A stretch of DNA of 40,219 nucleotides from the sequence record SRR31156797_36538, one strand, 5' to 3'. The translations under genes and the position numbers were made by a program. The stretch's first letter is position 1. Every line of letters begins with the position of its first letter. Shown here piece after piece: positions 8,726 through 19,716 of the stretch. The notes beneath the pieces are model-generated. The model searched no databases and was not told the DNA's origin. It worked only from the letters and a program-made list of their open reading frames with translations.

Positions 8726-9490
8726 TTACTGCTTTTCGGTTTGTTTGACTCTCTGCTCCAAGTTCTCAACTCGGTGGAGAATCTCATTTTGATTATCAAT
8801 GATCTGATTGAGCAGTTGCAGCTCTTTTCTATCGTGCCGAGACACTTTGTGATCGGGCGTGGTTAGGAATGATGTAATTAATCCTGAGATCATACCGAAA
8901 ATCCCCACCCCACATAAGATCATCGCTGTTGCGATTAGTCTACCTATTGTTGTTACTGGGTAATGATCGCCATAGCCAACCGTAGAAATCGTCACCATAG
9001 CCCACCAAAGTGCGTCTGCGCCTGAATGAATATTGGCTTGTGGATCTCTTGATTCAAAAAACAGCATAAAACTTGAGCCGAGAGCTATCATTAATACTAG
9101 CAATAACAGAATTGAAGCAATGGTTGTTTCACGTCTGTTTGCCTGTAACTGTTTTAACACATTACGACCAGAACGAAGCACCAGAATAATACGTAAAATA
9201 TGAAACAGACGAGCGTACCTTAGTGGCTCAATCATAGGGATGCTGGCGATGAAATCGATCCAGTGCAGTTTCATAAATTGCACTCGGTTTGAGGCTCGGA
9301 TCAAATCTACGATAAGTTGGAGCATAAATATGCTGCAGATAAGGAAATCTAAGCCGATAAACAAATGTCGCATCTCTCGACTAATTGGGAAAAATAATAA
9401 GCCAGAGATCACAATTAAAGCGAAGAAAGACAAAATTAGTGACAATAGCCCCATTGGTTTTGTTTCATTTTTGATATTATCTTTTTTCAT
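8726..9490 (-). CDS. 6-TM voltage-gated-type potassium channel
   Basis: Selectivity filter TISTVGYGD, pore helix ALWWAMVT, Arg-repeat S4 (LRYARLFHILRIILVLR), C-terminal coiled coil. Confidence 0.92.
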   Translation of the reverse strand: MKKDNIKNETKPMGLLSLILSFFALIVISGLLFFPISREMRHLFIGLDFLICSIFMLQLIVDLIRASNRVQFMKLHWIDFIASIPMIEPLRYARLFHILRIILVLRSGRNVLKQLQANRRETTIASILLLLVLMIALGSSFMLFFESRDPQANIHSGADALWWAMVTISTVGYGDHYPVTTIGRLIATAMILCGVGIFGMISGLITSFLTTPDHKVSRHDRKELQLLNQIIDNQNEILHRVENLEQRVKQTEKQ

Positions 9491-9587
9491 ACGAAGCTCG
9501 AAATAAATAAGAGTGTTTGTTTTACTTTTACTGAGAATGTAAAAAATACTTATATTTCAATAAATAAGATACTGTGGAGGCATAGCA

Positions 9588-10844
9588 ATGACAACACTGG
9601 CGTTTAAGCCATGGGAGCGGTTGATTACAAACGTACGCCTCGTTCCTAAAATGGTAATGCTTATGGTGTTCAGTACCTTACTGATCATTGGTAAGCAGCT
9701 TTGGGATGCTAACACCTTTTATAATGCACTTTTTGCTGCAACCCAAAATGCAGAAGTGGCTCAGCAACATTATGATGATTACATTGTCCAGGTGATCTGG
9801 CAAACCGGATTGTTGATTGCCGTCTTTGTTGTACTGCTGTTGTTTGCCGCGAGAGTCATGTTGCGTCAGACACAGTACCTTAGCGACTCAATCAAACAAA
9901 TGGCGCGTCGTGATTTATCAGAAGTCATCTCGATGGAATGTAAAGATGAGTATGGTGATGTAGCGCGAGAGTTAGAAAAGACTCGCCTACAATTGCAGGA
10001 GTTGATTCGAGCACAAGTTGAATCATCTCAAGAACTGACATCGATGACAGAGATCATGACGCTGAGCATGTCCGAAACGAAAGAATCGGCACAAGAAGAG
10101 TTCAATGAAATTGATCAGCTTGCCACAGCAATGAGTGAAATGACTTCAACAGTACAAACGGTCGCAGAGCATGCTCAAAGTGCTTCGTCATTAACAGAGA
10201 GTGCGTCGACTCAGGCACAAACCGGCCAGCAGTTTGTTCAAAGCACTGTGGGTAAGATGAGTGAGCTATCGAAAGATATTTCTCAGTCGGCTCAAGCGGT
10301 TAATCAGGTCGAAGAGCGCGTAATGTCGATCAGCAGTGTGGTTGGCACCATTCAAGGGATTTCTGAGCAGACAAACCTACTGGCACTTAACGCTGCTATC
10401 GAGGCTGCGCGCGCTGGTGAAGCAGGACGAGGTTTTGCTGTGGTTGCCGATGAAGTTCGCAACCTTGCTCAACGTACTCAGACCGCAACGGTTGAAATTC
10501 AGGACATGATTTCTCAGTTACAAAGCAGTGCAAACTCTGCGGTAGACTTGATGGAGAAAAGTGTTGTTGAAGTCGCTGAAGGTGTGGAGCTGGTAACCAG
10601 TGCTGGTACAGAGTTAGATGGTATCGTACGTCAAGTTCAGCAAATCAATGATATGAACTTCCAAATCGCAACGGCTGCTGGTCAGCAAAGTAGCGTGGCT
10701 GAAGAGATGAACCAGAACTTAACTAACGTTAAAGAGTTGGTTGAAGCTTCAGTAACGGTGGTGACTGAGCTGTTAGAAACCTCTGAAATCATGCAGAACA
10801 ACGCAGAAGAGCTAGACAGTAAAATTACAGGATTCAAAGTGTAA
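9588..10844 (+). CDS. Methyl-accepting chemotaxis protein (2 TM, HAMP, signalling domain)
   Basis: [34 protein letters not shown] hairpin tip; HAMP DEYG motif. Confidence 0.95.
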   Translation: MTTLAFKPWERLITNVRLVPKMVMLMVFSTLLIIGKQLWDANTFYNALFAATQNAEVAQQHYDDYIVQVIWQTGLLIAVFVVLLLFAARVMLRQTQYLSDSIKQMARRDLSEVISMECKDEYGDVARELEKTRLQLQELIRAQVESSQELTSMTEIMTLSMSETKESAQEEFNEIDQLATAMSEMTSTVQTVAEHAQSASSLTESASTQAQTGQQFVQSTVGKMSELSKDISQSAQAVNQVEERVMSISSVVGTIQGISEQTNLLALNAAIEAARAGEAGRGFAVVADEVRNLAQRTQTATVEIQDMISQLQSSANSAVDLMEKSVVEVAEGVELVTSAGTELDGIVRQVQQINDMNFQIATAAGQQSSVAEEMNQNLTNVKELVEASVTVVTELLETSEIMQNNAEELDSKITGFKV

Positions 10845-10872
10845 TTACTTTTTCTGGTCTGAAGTTATGGAT

Positions 10873-10904
10873 AAACGCCCACAATTGGTTTGTGGGCGTT
10901 TTTT
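10873..10904 (+). terminator. Terminator after the MCP gene
   Basis: AAACGCCCACAA-TTGGT-TTGTGGGCGTTT followed by TTT. Confidence 0.85.
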
Positions 10905-10962
10905 ATTGCTTTAACTTTGATATAACTACACTTATTGCTAGGTGCACCAACAAGGATAACTC

Positions 10963-13812
10963 ATGTCATTGCCATCTAATCTAGAACAGCATGCGCAAAC
11001 ACAGCTTCAACAATTGATTGAACAACAAACGGTGATTGAACAATGGAACCCCAATCACCGTCAGCAGTTAGTTGAAGTTTTAGGTTTAAGTGATTTTATT
11101 TACGAGACCTTGATGCGCGACGAAGTTCTGTGTCGTGAGCTTCCTGCAATGTTAGACACGCATTCTCGCTGTGAGCAATACCGTGAGAGGTTACAACAGC
11201 AGTTGGCGAGCTGTGAAGATGAAGCGAGTGGATTACGTTTGTTACGTCAGTTCCGCAATCGAGAGATGGTGTACATTGCATGGCGCGATTTTTTAAGCGA
11301 TTGGACGCTGGATGAGAGCTTGGCGCATTTGTCGCAACTGGCTGAAGCTCTGATTTTTGAAACCTACCAATGGCAGTATCGACTTTGCTGTCAGGAGTGG
11401 GGAACACCTTGCAACGCTCAGGGTGAAGCACAACCTATGCTAATCATCGGTATGGGTAAGTTAGGTGGAGGAGAGCTGAACTTCTCATCGGATATCGACC
11501 TGATTTTTACTTACCCAGAGAATGGTGAAACTCAAGGGCATCGTCGCAGTATTGCTAATGCACAGTTCTTTACTCGTTTGGGACAGCGAATTATTAAAAT
11601 GCTGGATCAGCAAACCTTCGATGGTTTCTGCTATCGCGTAGACATGAGGTTGCGTCCGTTTGGTGAGAGTGGACCTTTGGTGATGAGCTATGCGGCTTTG
11701 GAAGACTACTACCAAGAGCAGGGGCGTGATTGGGAGCGTTATGCGATGGTCAAAGCTCGGGTAATGGGGAGGGAAATGTACTCCCAATACCAAGAGCTAA
11801 GGCAGATGCTGCGTCCGTTTGTTTTCCGTCGTTATATCGATTTCAGTGCGATTCAATCACTGCGCCGAATGAAATCAATGATAAGCAGTGAAGTGCGTCG
11901 CCGTGGTTTGAGCAATAATATTAAGTTGGGGGCTGGTGGTATTCGTGAAATTGAGTTTATTGCCCAAGTCTTCCAGTTGATTCGTGGTGGACGCGAGCCG
12001 AGTCTGCGTCATCGGGGGCTGCTGGAAACATTGCAAGCTATTGATGAGTTGGGGTTGTTAGAGAAGCAAGATGTTGATGATTTGACTCAAGCCTACTATT
12101 TTCTGCGCCGTTTGGAGAATTTGATTCAAGCGCTGGCCGATAAGCAGACGCAAACACTGCCGGATAAACAAGACGATCAACTGCGTTTGGCTCATGCCAT
12201 GAGCTGTGAAAGTTGGGAAGATCTCTACCAACAAGTTCAACGTCATATGGCAAACGTTCATGCGGTCTTCGCAGATCTGATTGGTGATGAGGAAGAGCAA
12301 GATGAACAGTCATTAGCGGCGCATTTCCATGAACTGTGGGACATGAGCCATAACCGCGAAGTGATCGAAAATATTGTTGAAAAAGATCTTGGCATGAATG
12401 ATGGCGAGCCACTGATCGAAGCACTACTGAGCTTCAAGCAAGATTTAGCCAAAAGAACGATTGGACCTCGAGGCCGAGAAGTGCTCAATAGGCTTATGCC
12501 TAAAGTATACTCTGCGGTGTTTTCTCACCCTGATGCTAAATTTGGTCTTTCTCGGGTACTGACTCTGCTCAACAATATTGCCACTCGAACCACCTATTTA
12601 GAGTTGTTGGATGAACACCCTGCGGCATTGGTCCAATTAGTTCGCTTATGTACAGCTAGCCCAATGGTGTCGGAAAAGTTAGCGCGTTATCCTGTGCTAC
12701 TTGATGAACTGATTGATCCGCAACATCTTTATAATCCCATTCCATTGGAAAGTTATAAAACCGAGCTGCGTGATTTTCTTGCTCGGATTCCGGAAGATGA
12801 CATGGAACAGCAGATGGAAGCGCTGCGTCAGTTCAAGCAGATTTGTATTCTTAAAATCGCTGCGGCGGATATTGCCGGCGTATTGCCAGTCATGAAAGTG
12901 AGTGATCACTTAACTTACTTAGCAGAAGCCATTGTCGAAGCGGTGATTAACCAAGCTTGGTTACAAGTAACCTCAAAATATGGTGAGCCCACTCATCTTA
13001 AAGATCGAGATGGAAAAGGATTCGCTGTGATTGGTTACGGCAAAGTTGGCGGCTGGGAGCTCGGCTATAACTCTGATCTTGATATTGTTTTCATGCATGA
13101 TTGCCCAGTTAATGTCTACACTGATGGGGTAAAAGAAATCGATGGTCGTCAGTTTTATCTGAGATTGGCGCAACGTATCGTCCACATATTTTCAGTAAGA
13201 ACGGCTTCGGGTATTTTATACGAAGTTGACACACGACTTCGTCCGTCTGGGGCGTCAGGACTACTTGTCAGTCCAACAGAAGCCTTTGACGAGTATCAAC
13301 GTCAAGACGCTTGGACATGGGAACATCAGGCTTTAGTTCGAGCGCGTATGATTTATGGCGATGGATTATTGCAGCAGTCGTTTGATCAGATACGTCACAA
13401 TATTTTGAGTATGCCGCGAGAAGAGATGAAGTTGAAACAAGAAGTGGTCGACATGCGTATTAAGATGCGTGACCACTTGGGCGGTAAGAAATCCGGACGC
13501 TTCATGATTAAACAAGATGAAGGTGGTATTACCGATATCGAATTTTTAGCTCAGTATTTAGTGTTACGTTTCAGTCACGATAAGCCGAAGCTCACTCGTT
13601 GGTCTGATAACGTACGTATTTTTGAATCGTTGCTTAATCAAGACGTCTTAGAGGAACAGCAAGCATTAGCATTGACTCATGCTTATACCTCGATGCGAAA
13701 TCAAATTCATCATCGCAATCTGGTTAATCAAGATGCTGACGTTGATGAGAGTAAATTTGTAGCAGAACGTGAAACAGTAAAACGCGTTTGGAATCAGTGG
13801 CTAGGTCAGTAG
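10963..13812 (+). CDS. glnE: Glutamine synthetase adenylyltransferase/adenylyl-removing enzyme
   Basis: Two nucleotidyltransferase domains, [18 protein letters not shown] and [17 protein letters not shown]; 949 aa. Confidence 0.97.
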   Translation: MSLPSNLEQHAQTQLQQLIEQQTVIEQWNPNHRQQLVEVLGLSDFIYETLMRDEVLCRELPAMLDTHSRCEQYRERLQQQLASCEDEASGLRLLRQFRNREMVYIAWRDFLSDWTLDESLAHLSQLAEALIFETYQWQYRLCCQEWGTPCNAQGEAQPMLIIGMGKLGGGELNFSSDIDLIFTYPENGETQGHRRSIANAQFFTRLGQRIIKMLDQQTFDGFCYRVDMRLRPFGESGPLVMSYAALEDYYQEQGRDWERYAMVKARVMGREMYSQYQELRQMLRPFVFRRYIDFSAIQSLRRMKSMISSEVRRRGLSNNIKLGAGGIREIEFIAQVFQLIRGGREPSLRHRGLLETLQAIDELGLLEKQDVDDLTQAYYFLRRLENLIQALADKQTQTLPDKQDDQLRLAHAMSCESWEDLYQQVQRHMANVHAVFADLIGDEEEQDEQSLAAHFHELWDMSHNREVIENIVEKDLGMNDGEPLIEALLSFKQDLAKRTIGPRGREVLNRLMPKVYSAVFSHPDAKFGLSRVLTLLNNIATRTTYLELLDEHPAALVQLVRLCTASPMVSEKLARYPVLLDELIDPQHLYNPIPLESYKTELRDFLARIPEDDMEQQMEALRQFKQICILKIAAADIAGVLPVMKVSDHLTYLAEAIVEAVINQAWLQVTSKYGEPTHLKDRDGKGFAVIGYGKVGGWELGYNSDLDIVFMHDCPVNVYTDGVKEIDGRQFYLRLAQRIVHIFSVRTASGILYEVDTRLRPSGASGLLVSPTEAFDEYQRQDAWTWEHQALVRARMIYGDGLLQQSFDQIRHNILSMPREEMKLKQEVVDMRIKMRDHLGGKKSGRFMIKQDEGGITDIEFLAQYLVLRFSHDKPKLTRWSDNVRIFESLLNQDVLEEQQALALTHAYTSMRNQIHHRNLVNQDADVDESKFVAERETVKRVWNQWLGQ

Positions 13813-13892
13813 ACGCTAGTTTTAAGTAGCGACTTTAGCCGCACATAGGGCTGTGATAAACTCCGCCCAGAAACAGTTTTTGGAGATCCACA

Positions 13893-15323
13893 ATGAAACC
13901 AATCCTACCTGACTACAGTGATGCAGGGGTGTTAATTATTGGCGATGTCATGCTTGATAGATACTGGCATGGCCCAACTGGCCGTATTTCGCCAGAAGCC
14001 CCGGTACCCGTAGTAAAAGTAGAGCAAAATGAAGAGCGTCCTGGCGGTGCAGCAAACGTTGCGATGAACATTGCCTCATTGGGTGGCCATGCGCATATTG
14101 TCGGTTTAACAGGGATGGATGAACCCGCTCAGGTACTGAGTGAGAAACTGACTTCATTGAAGGTCAACTGTGACTTTGTGTCATTGCCGGACTATCCAAC
14201 CATCACTAAGCTACGCGTGTTAAGTCGTGGTCAGCAGTTGATTCGTTTGGACTTTGAAGACAAATTTGAGAACACCGATCCTGAGTTGATCTTATCTCGG
14301 ATGGAAAAAGCACTGCCTAACGTTCAAGCGGTGATTTTGTCAGATTATGCTAAAGGTGCTCTTGAGCATGTTCAGCAGTTTATTCAAAAAGCACGTGCTG
14401 CGAATGTGCCAGTGTTTATCGATCCTAAAGGTGCGGACTTTGAACGTTACCGTGGTGCAACACTTCTGACGCCAAACTTGTCAGAGTTTGAACACGTTGT
14501 CGGTAAAGTAAAATCTGACCAAGAGCTGGTTGAAAAAGGTTTAGGTCTGATTGAGCAATTTGATTTGGATGCACTGCTGGTAACACGCAGTGAGCACGGT
14601 ATGACGCTACTGCGTCGTGGAATGGATCCTTTCCATCTTCCAACTCAGGCACAAGAAGTTTATGACGTGACGGGTGCCGGAGATACAGTGATATCTGTGT
14701 TGGCTTCTTCAGTTGCCGCAGGAAAGCCTCTGGATGAAGCGTGTGCGTTAGCAAACGCAGCTGCGGGTGTGGTCGTTGGTAAGCTGGGTACATCAACCAT
14801 CTCAACCATTGAACTTGCTGAAGCAATCCACGGCAGCAAAGATACCGATTACGGTGTGATTGGTGAGAAAGCTCTGATTGCCGCAGTGAGAAAAGCACAA
14901 GCACGCGGTGAAAAAGTGGTGATGACCAATGGTTGTTTTGACATTCTTCATGCAGGCCATGTCTCTTACCTCAACCATGCTGGCGAACTCGGCGATCGTC
15001 TAATTGTTGCGGTGAATACAGATGAATCGGTCAAACGCCTAAAAGGTCCTGGTCGTCCAGTGAACCCAACGGATCGCCGTATGGCTGTACTTGCTGGTCT
15101 TGGTGCGGTTGATTGGGTGGTCCCTTTTGGTGAAGATACTCCTCAACGCCTGATTTCAGAAGTGTTACCGGATTTATTGGTTAAAGGTGGTGACTATAAA
15201 CCTGAAGATATCGCGGGTGGTAAAGAGGTGATTGCCGCTGGTGGTGAAGTTAAAGTGCTTAACTTTGAAGATGGTTGTTCAACCACTGAAATTATTGAAG
15301 CGATTAAAGGTGGTCGTGGCTAA
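13893..15323 (+). CDS. hldE: Bifunctional heptose 7-phosphate kinase / heptose 1-phosphate adenylyltransferase
   Basis: [11 protein letters not shown], PfkB DVTGAGD and cytidylyltransferase [10 protein letters not shown] motifs. Confidence 0.97.
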   Translation: MKPILPDYSDAGVLIIGDVMLDRYWHGPTGRISPEAPVPVVKVEQNEERPGGAANVAMNIASLGGHAHIVGLTGMDEPAQVLSEKLTSLKVNCDFVSLPDYPTITKLRVLSRGQQLIRLDFEDKFENTDPELILSRMEKALPNVQAVILSDYAKGALEHVQQFIQKARAANVPVFIDPKGADFERYRGATLLTPNLSEFEHVVGKVKSDQELVEKGLGLIEQFDLDALLVTRSEHGMTLLRRGMDPFHLPTQAQEVYDVTGAGDTVISVLASSVAAGKPLDEACALANAAAGVVVGKLGTSTISTIELAEAIHGSKDTDYGVIGEKALIAAVRKAQARGEKVVMTNGCFDILHAGHVSYLNHAGELGDRLIVAVNTDESVKRLKGPGRPVNPTDRRMAVLAGLGAVDWVVPFGEDTPQRLISEVLPDLLVKGGDYKPEDIAGGKEVIAAGGEVKVLNFEDGCSTTEIIEAIKGGRG

Positions 15324-15349
15324 GTTCAAGTCGCCCGCCCAACTCATAA

Positions 15350-15378
15350 AAAAAACGCCAGCATTGCTGGCGTTTTTT
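15350..15378. terminator. Bidirectional terminator between hldE and tolC
   Basis: AAAAAACGCCAGC-ATT-GCTGGCGTTTTTT. Confidence 0.88.
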
Positions 15379-15398
15379 GATCAAATCTAAAACTGTTA

Positions 15399-16724
15399 CT
15401 ATTTAGCTTTTGCTGCTTTTAAGCCAGAGTTGATATCAATAATATCTTGTTCAGAAAGTGTACCGACTGCTTGGCGTAGCTGAAGTACGCTTAAGATATA
15501 ATTATAACGTGCTTCTGAAAGGTTTTTGTTCGCATCGTATAGGCTACGAGTTGAATCCAGTACATCAACAATAGTACGAGTACCTACGTCAAAACCAGCT
15601 TCTGTTGCTTCAAGTGCTGATCTCGCTGATACCACAGATTGCTCATAAGCGCGCAGTGCACCAATTGAAGCGTTGATATTGTTGTTGTTTGCACGTACGG
15701 CTTTTACCACGCCGCGGTATGAAGCTTCTAAATCTTGGCTCGCCGCAACATAAGCAAATTCAGCTTGTTTGGTTTGTGATGTCACGTTACCACCGGTGTA
15801 TAGTGGTACAGCCAAGTTAACACCAATGCTTAGGTCGTTATAATCATGACCGTCAAAAGCATACGAGCTTGCCGTATTATCGTATTGTTTTCCGTAATTA
15901 TAGCCGCCATCAAGAGTAAGAGAAGGTAGGTGGCCGGAGCTTGCTAGTGAAATGTTATCTTTTGCAACATCTTGAGCAATACGAGAAGACAATAAGGTTA
16001 GGTTTTTCTCTTGCGCTTCTTCAACCAGGGCCTCCATCGATGTTGATGACGGGCTTGCTGAGAAACGGTTAGTATCTAGGATACTTAGATTCTGGTGTTC
16101 CTGGCCAGTAATTTCACGCAATGATTCATAGCTGTTAACTAGACTGTTTTGTGCCAGAACTTCATCCGCTAACACGCTGTCATACTGTGCTTGCGCATCA
16201 TGTACGTCGGTAATTGCTGATAGCCCTACTTCAAAACGTTGTTTAGTTTGCTCTAGCTGACGGGCAACTGCCGCTTTTTCAGCCTGGACAAACTCTAGAT
16301 TGTCTTGTGCGCTTAACACGGAAAAGTAGGCTTGAGCAACGCGTAGAATTAAAGATTGTTGGGCTACTGCATATTGAGCATCAGACTGACGAGCCTGCTT
16401 CTCTGCAGTATCTAAACTAACCCAGCTTGAACGGTTGTAGAGTTCTTGAGAGAAAGAAATTCCTGCAGATAGGAGTTCGCTATCTCTACCCTGTTCATCA
16501 CTATTATTAATGTTGTAGCCCGCAGTTAGGTTAATTTGCGGTAGTAAGCTACTACGGCTAGTCGTCACTGCTTCAAATGCTGCGTCACGCTGGGCTGCTG
16601 CACTCAGTAATTGAGGGTCGTTTTCTTTTGCTTGATCGTAGATTTGTGCAAGGTCGTCAGCTGATACTGCAGCACTTAGGCTGCCAAGAGCTAAGCTAAT
16701 AAATACTGGAAGCAGTTTCTTCAT
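15399..16724 (-). CDS. tolC: Outer membrane efflux channel TolC
   Basis: Signal peptide; LLPQINL, RFEVGLSAITDV and GFDVGTRTIVDVL motifs; divergent from nudF. Confidence 0.96.
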   Translation of the reverse strand: MKKLLPVFISLALGSLSAAVSADDLAQIYDQAKENDPQLLSAAAQRDAAFEAVTTSRSSLLPQINLTAGYNINNSDEQGRDSELLSAGISFSQELYNRSSWVSLDTAEKQARQSDAQYAVAQQSLILRVAQAYFSVLSAQDNLEFVQAEKAAVARQLEQTKQRFEVGLSAITDVHDAQAQYDSVLADEVLAQNSLVNSYESLREITGQEHQNLSILDTNRFSASPSSTSMEALVEEAQEKNLTLLSSRIAQDVAKDNISLASSGHLPSLTLDGGYNYGKQYDNTASSYAFDGHDYNDLSIGVNLAVPLYTGGNVTSQTKQAEFAYVAASQDLEASYRGVVKAVRANNNNINASIGALRAYEQSVVSARSALEATEAGFDVGTRTIVDVLDSTRSLYDANKNLSEARYNYILSVLQLRQAVGTLSEQDIIDINSGLKAAKAK

Positions 16725-16802
16725 TGGTCCTATTCCTGCCTATTATAGAGTGATTGGGCGTTTCGAGAGTGTAACTCAATTTGAGCGTAATTTATTCGAA
16801 AC

Positions 16803-16817
16803 TTTGCACTTTTTTAC
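16803..16817 (-). promoter_or_regulatory. Putative CpxR box upstream of tolC
   Basis: The - strand reads GTAAA-AAAGT-GCAAA versus the CpxR consensus GTAAA-N5-GTAAA. Confidence 0.55.
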
Positions 16818-16963
16818 ACTTAATTATCCAGTTGTGCAATATAAACTTTATTTCATTTAAAAATATATATAAATTTTATATAAAAAGTTGAGCAATGTCC
16901 TTGGAAGTAACCGGTTACCGCTAGTAAACTAAACAGTCCTGACTTCATTGAGGTAAGTTTTCG

Positions 16964-17593
16964 ATGCCACACTCAGATAAGCCAATTAACGTTTTCACGA
17001 AACAGGATCTTGAAATCCTTTCCAAGGAGACTCTGTTTCAAGGTTTTTTCCGGATGGTGAAATATCGCTTTAAGCATAAGCTATTTCAAGGTGGCTGGAG
17101 CGAAGTGATTGAACGTGAGCTATTTGAACGTGGACATGCAGCGGCTTTATTGCCTTATGACCCCATTCGAGATCAAGTCGTGATCATTGAGCAGATCCGC
17201 GTGGGTACGTTAGAGCAAAAGCAACCTTGGCAGCTTGAAATCGTTGCTGGCATTATTGATCGAGATGAAAGTGCGATTGAGGTTGTTCGACGAGAAGCAG
17301 TAGAAGAAGCCGGTGTCGAAATTGGCCGGATAGAAACGGTGACGTCTTATTACCCTTCTGCTGGCGGCTGCTCAGAGAAGCTGGATGTGTACGTTGGAGA
17401 AGTCGACTCAGCTAAAGCAAATGGCGTTCATGGTTTAGACTATGAAGGTGAAGATATAAAAGTTCATGTAATGAGCCGTGAGCAAGCCTATGAATTGGTG
17501 AAAGATGGAACCATAGAGAATGGTGCGTCTATTATTGCTTTACAGTGGCTGGAGTTGAATTATCAAAGTTTGCGAACGCAATGGCAAAAATAA
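16964..17593 (+). CDS. nudF: ADP-ribose pyrophosphatase
   Basis: Nudix box AGIIDRDE....VVRREAVEEAG; ERGHAAALLPYDP. Confidence 0.95.
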   Translation: MPHSDKPINVFTKQDLEILSKETLFQGFFRMVKYRFKHKLFQGGWSEVIERELFERGHAAALLPYDPIRDQVVIIEQIRVGTLEQKQPWQLEIVAGIIDRDESAIEVVRREAVEEAGVEIGRIETVTSYYPSAGGCSEKLDVYVGEVDSAKANGVHGLDYEGEDIKVHVMSREQAYELVKDGTIENGASIIALQWLELNYQSLRTQWQK

Positions 17594-18030
17594 TGGAACC
17601 AAAACCATATCACGTTGATCTAAAAGAACTAATGCGGGTTTATGAGACAAACTACGCAAAACTGAACGCTTTGCTGCCAACGCAGCCGAGTGTCGATGAT
17701 TTACGTTGCTATCAAGCTGCACAAATGACTTATCAGCTACAAGTGCGAGAAGTCACAAAGTACACAACTTTGGTGGAGATCTGTCAAAGTGATGATATTT
17801 CGGTATTTCCATTGCCTACTATGTCTGTCAGGCTGTACCACGATGCTCGTGTTGCAGAAGTGCATAGTAGTGACCACCTTAGCCGGATTAAGGCGCGTCA
17901 CGAGTATCCCAATGAGAAAATGGTTCAAAAAGATGAAAAGGCCCAAGTTAATCGTTTTTTAGGTGATTGGCTGTCATTTTGTTTGAGACACGGCATTAGC
18001 CGTCAACCGATTAATTTTAGTCATTCATAA
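17593..18030 (+). CDS. yqiB: DUF1249 family protein
   Basis: YETNYAKL and VRLYHDARVAEV motifs; TAATG overlap with the nudF stop codon. Confidence 0.9.
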   Translation: MEPKPYHVDLKELMRVYETNYAKLNALLPTQPSVDDLRCYQAAQMTYQLQVREVTKYTTLVEICQSDDISVFPLPTMSVRLYHDARVAEVHSSDHLSRIKARHEYPNEKMVQKDEKAQVNRFLGDWLSFCLRHGISRQPINFSHS

Positions 18031-18049
18031 CGAGTTAGGTTTATCGAAA

Positions 18050-18871
18050 TTGAACGTGTCGCCCAGTATAGACAATTCAGACAGCATTAAGTTGTTACAG
18101 ATAACGGATACGCATTTATTCGCGCCTGATGACGGCAGTTTGCTTAGTGTGAATACAGCCGATAGTTTCCGTGCTGTTGTAAAAGAGATTGTTGCTCAGC
18201 AAGTTGAGTATGATGCAGTGTTGGCGACCGGTGATATTTCTCAGGATCACAGCCCAGAGTCATATCAGCGTTTTGCTGACGGTATTCAGCCGTTGGAAAA
18301 GGATTGTTTCTGGTTACCAGGCAATCATGATTACAAGCCTAATATGGGGTCTGTTCTACCCTCTGCGCAAATTAAAGCACCTGAGCATGTATTGCTCGGT
18401 GAGCACTGGCAATTAATTCTACTTGATTCACAGGTTGTTGGCGTTCCTCATGGAAGGTTGAGTGATAGCCAGCTGAGTCTGTTGGATGAAAAGCTAGCTC
18501 AACACCCGCAACGCCATACACTGGTGCTGCTGCATCACCATCCGTTGTTGGTGGGCAGTGCATGGCTTGACCAGCACACTTTAAAAGACAGCGAATCGCT
18601 GTGGGATGTCATTAAGCGTCACTCGAATGTAAAAGCAATTTTGTGTGGTCATGTTCATCAAGACATGGATAAAACCCACATGGGTGTGAAAGTGATGGCA
18701 ACACCATCCACTTGCATCCAGTTTAAGCCAAATTCTGATGATTTTGCGCTTGATAAAACCTCTCCTGGTTGGCGAGAGTTAGAGTTGCATCGTGACGGAA
18801 GTGTCACGACTCAAGTTAAGCGCCTCCCGAATGGTGTTTTCCAGCCCGATTTCAATGCGAGCGGGTATTAG
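18050..18871 (+). CDS. cpdA: 3',5'-cAMP phosphodiesterase
   Basis: Metallophosphoesterase motifs DTH, TGD, GNHD, HHHP and GHVH; TTG start; nudF-yqiB-cpdA-yqiA order. Confidence 0.95.
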   Translation: MNVSPSIDNSDSIKLLQITDTHLFAPDDGSLLSVNTADSFRAVVKEIVAQQVEYDAVLATGDISQDHSPESYQRFADGIQPLEKDCFWLPGNHDYKPNMGSVLPSAQIKAPEHVLLGEHWQLILLDSQVVGVPHGRLSDSQLSLLDEKLAQHPQRHTLVLLHHHPLLVGSAWLDQHTLKDSESLWDVIKRHSNVKAILCGHVHQDMDKTHMGVKVMATPSTCIQFKPNSDDFALDKTSPGWRELELHRDGSVTTQVKRLPNGVFQPDFNASGY

Positions 18872-18873
18872 CG

Positions 18874-19461
18874 ATGACGGAACGCCCTAGCTTACTGCTT
18901 TATATTCATGGTTTTAACAGCTCACCTTTATCTCATAAAGCCGAGGTAATGAGAGAGTTTTGCGAAAAACACCGCCCGGACATCAAAGTGGTAGTGCCTA
19001 GGATGCCATGCTATCCGGCTCAAGCCGCTGAGCACCTGTTAGAAATCGTTGACCGCTACAAAAATGACTACAAGATTGGCTTAGTGGGCAGTTCGTTGGG
19101 CGGCTATATGTCGACTTGGCTTAATGCCCAGTTTGGTTTCCCTGCCGTATTGATAAATCCAGCGGTAAAACCTTATGAGCTGCTGGCAGATTTTCTCGGT
19201 GAGCAACAGAACCCTTATACGAAAGAGCGGTATCTTCTGGAAGAGGTGCATATTCAGCAGCTTAAAGATATTGATACCCTGACGCTGGAACAACCCAAAG
19301 ATTTTTGGTTGTTGCAACAAACCGAAGATGAAGTGCTCGATTATCGTCAAGCCGTTGAAAAATATTGCGATTCAAAACAGACCGTCGAACAAGGTGGTGA
19401 TCATAGTTTTGTCGACTTTGAGCGTTATCCTGCCCAAATCATTCAATTTTTAAATTTATAG
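18874..19461 (+). CDS. yqiA: Esterase YqiA (UPF0227)
   Basis: HGFNSSP, nucleophile elbow GSSLGG, GGDHSF. Confidence 0.94.
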   Translation: MTERPSLLLYIHGFNSSPLSHKAEVMREFCEKHRPDIKVVVPRMPCYPAQAAEHLLEIVDRYKNDYKIGLVGSSLGGYMSTWLNAQFGFPAVLINPAVKPYELLADFLGEQQNPYTKERYLLEEVHIQQLKDIDTLTLEQPKDFWLLQQTEDEVLDYRQAVEKYCDSKQTVEQGGDHSFVDFERYPAQIIQFLNL

Positions 19462-19716
19462 CCTTTTCTGTGCGGTAATAGTCATAATTTTGTTTGCTAG
19501 TGACTGATGCTACTTGACATCAGTCGTTCTCTTCCAGACTATGTTCCTCTTAGACTTCACTCGTTTAAGTGTTAAAAAATGCGTTAAATCTTGGTTTATT
19601 GTTAGAAAAATAAAGCGTTAATAAACGAGTTGTAAAGTATTAAGGAGCTGTTGAAGTTTCTAATCAATTTCCTCAACCGTTCCTCCATAATTTTATCGAT
19701 AAAAGCATTACATACT

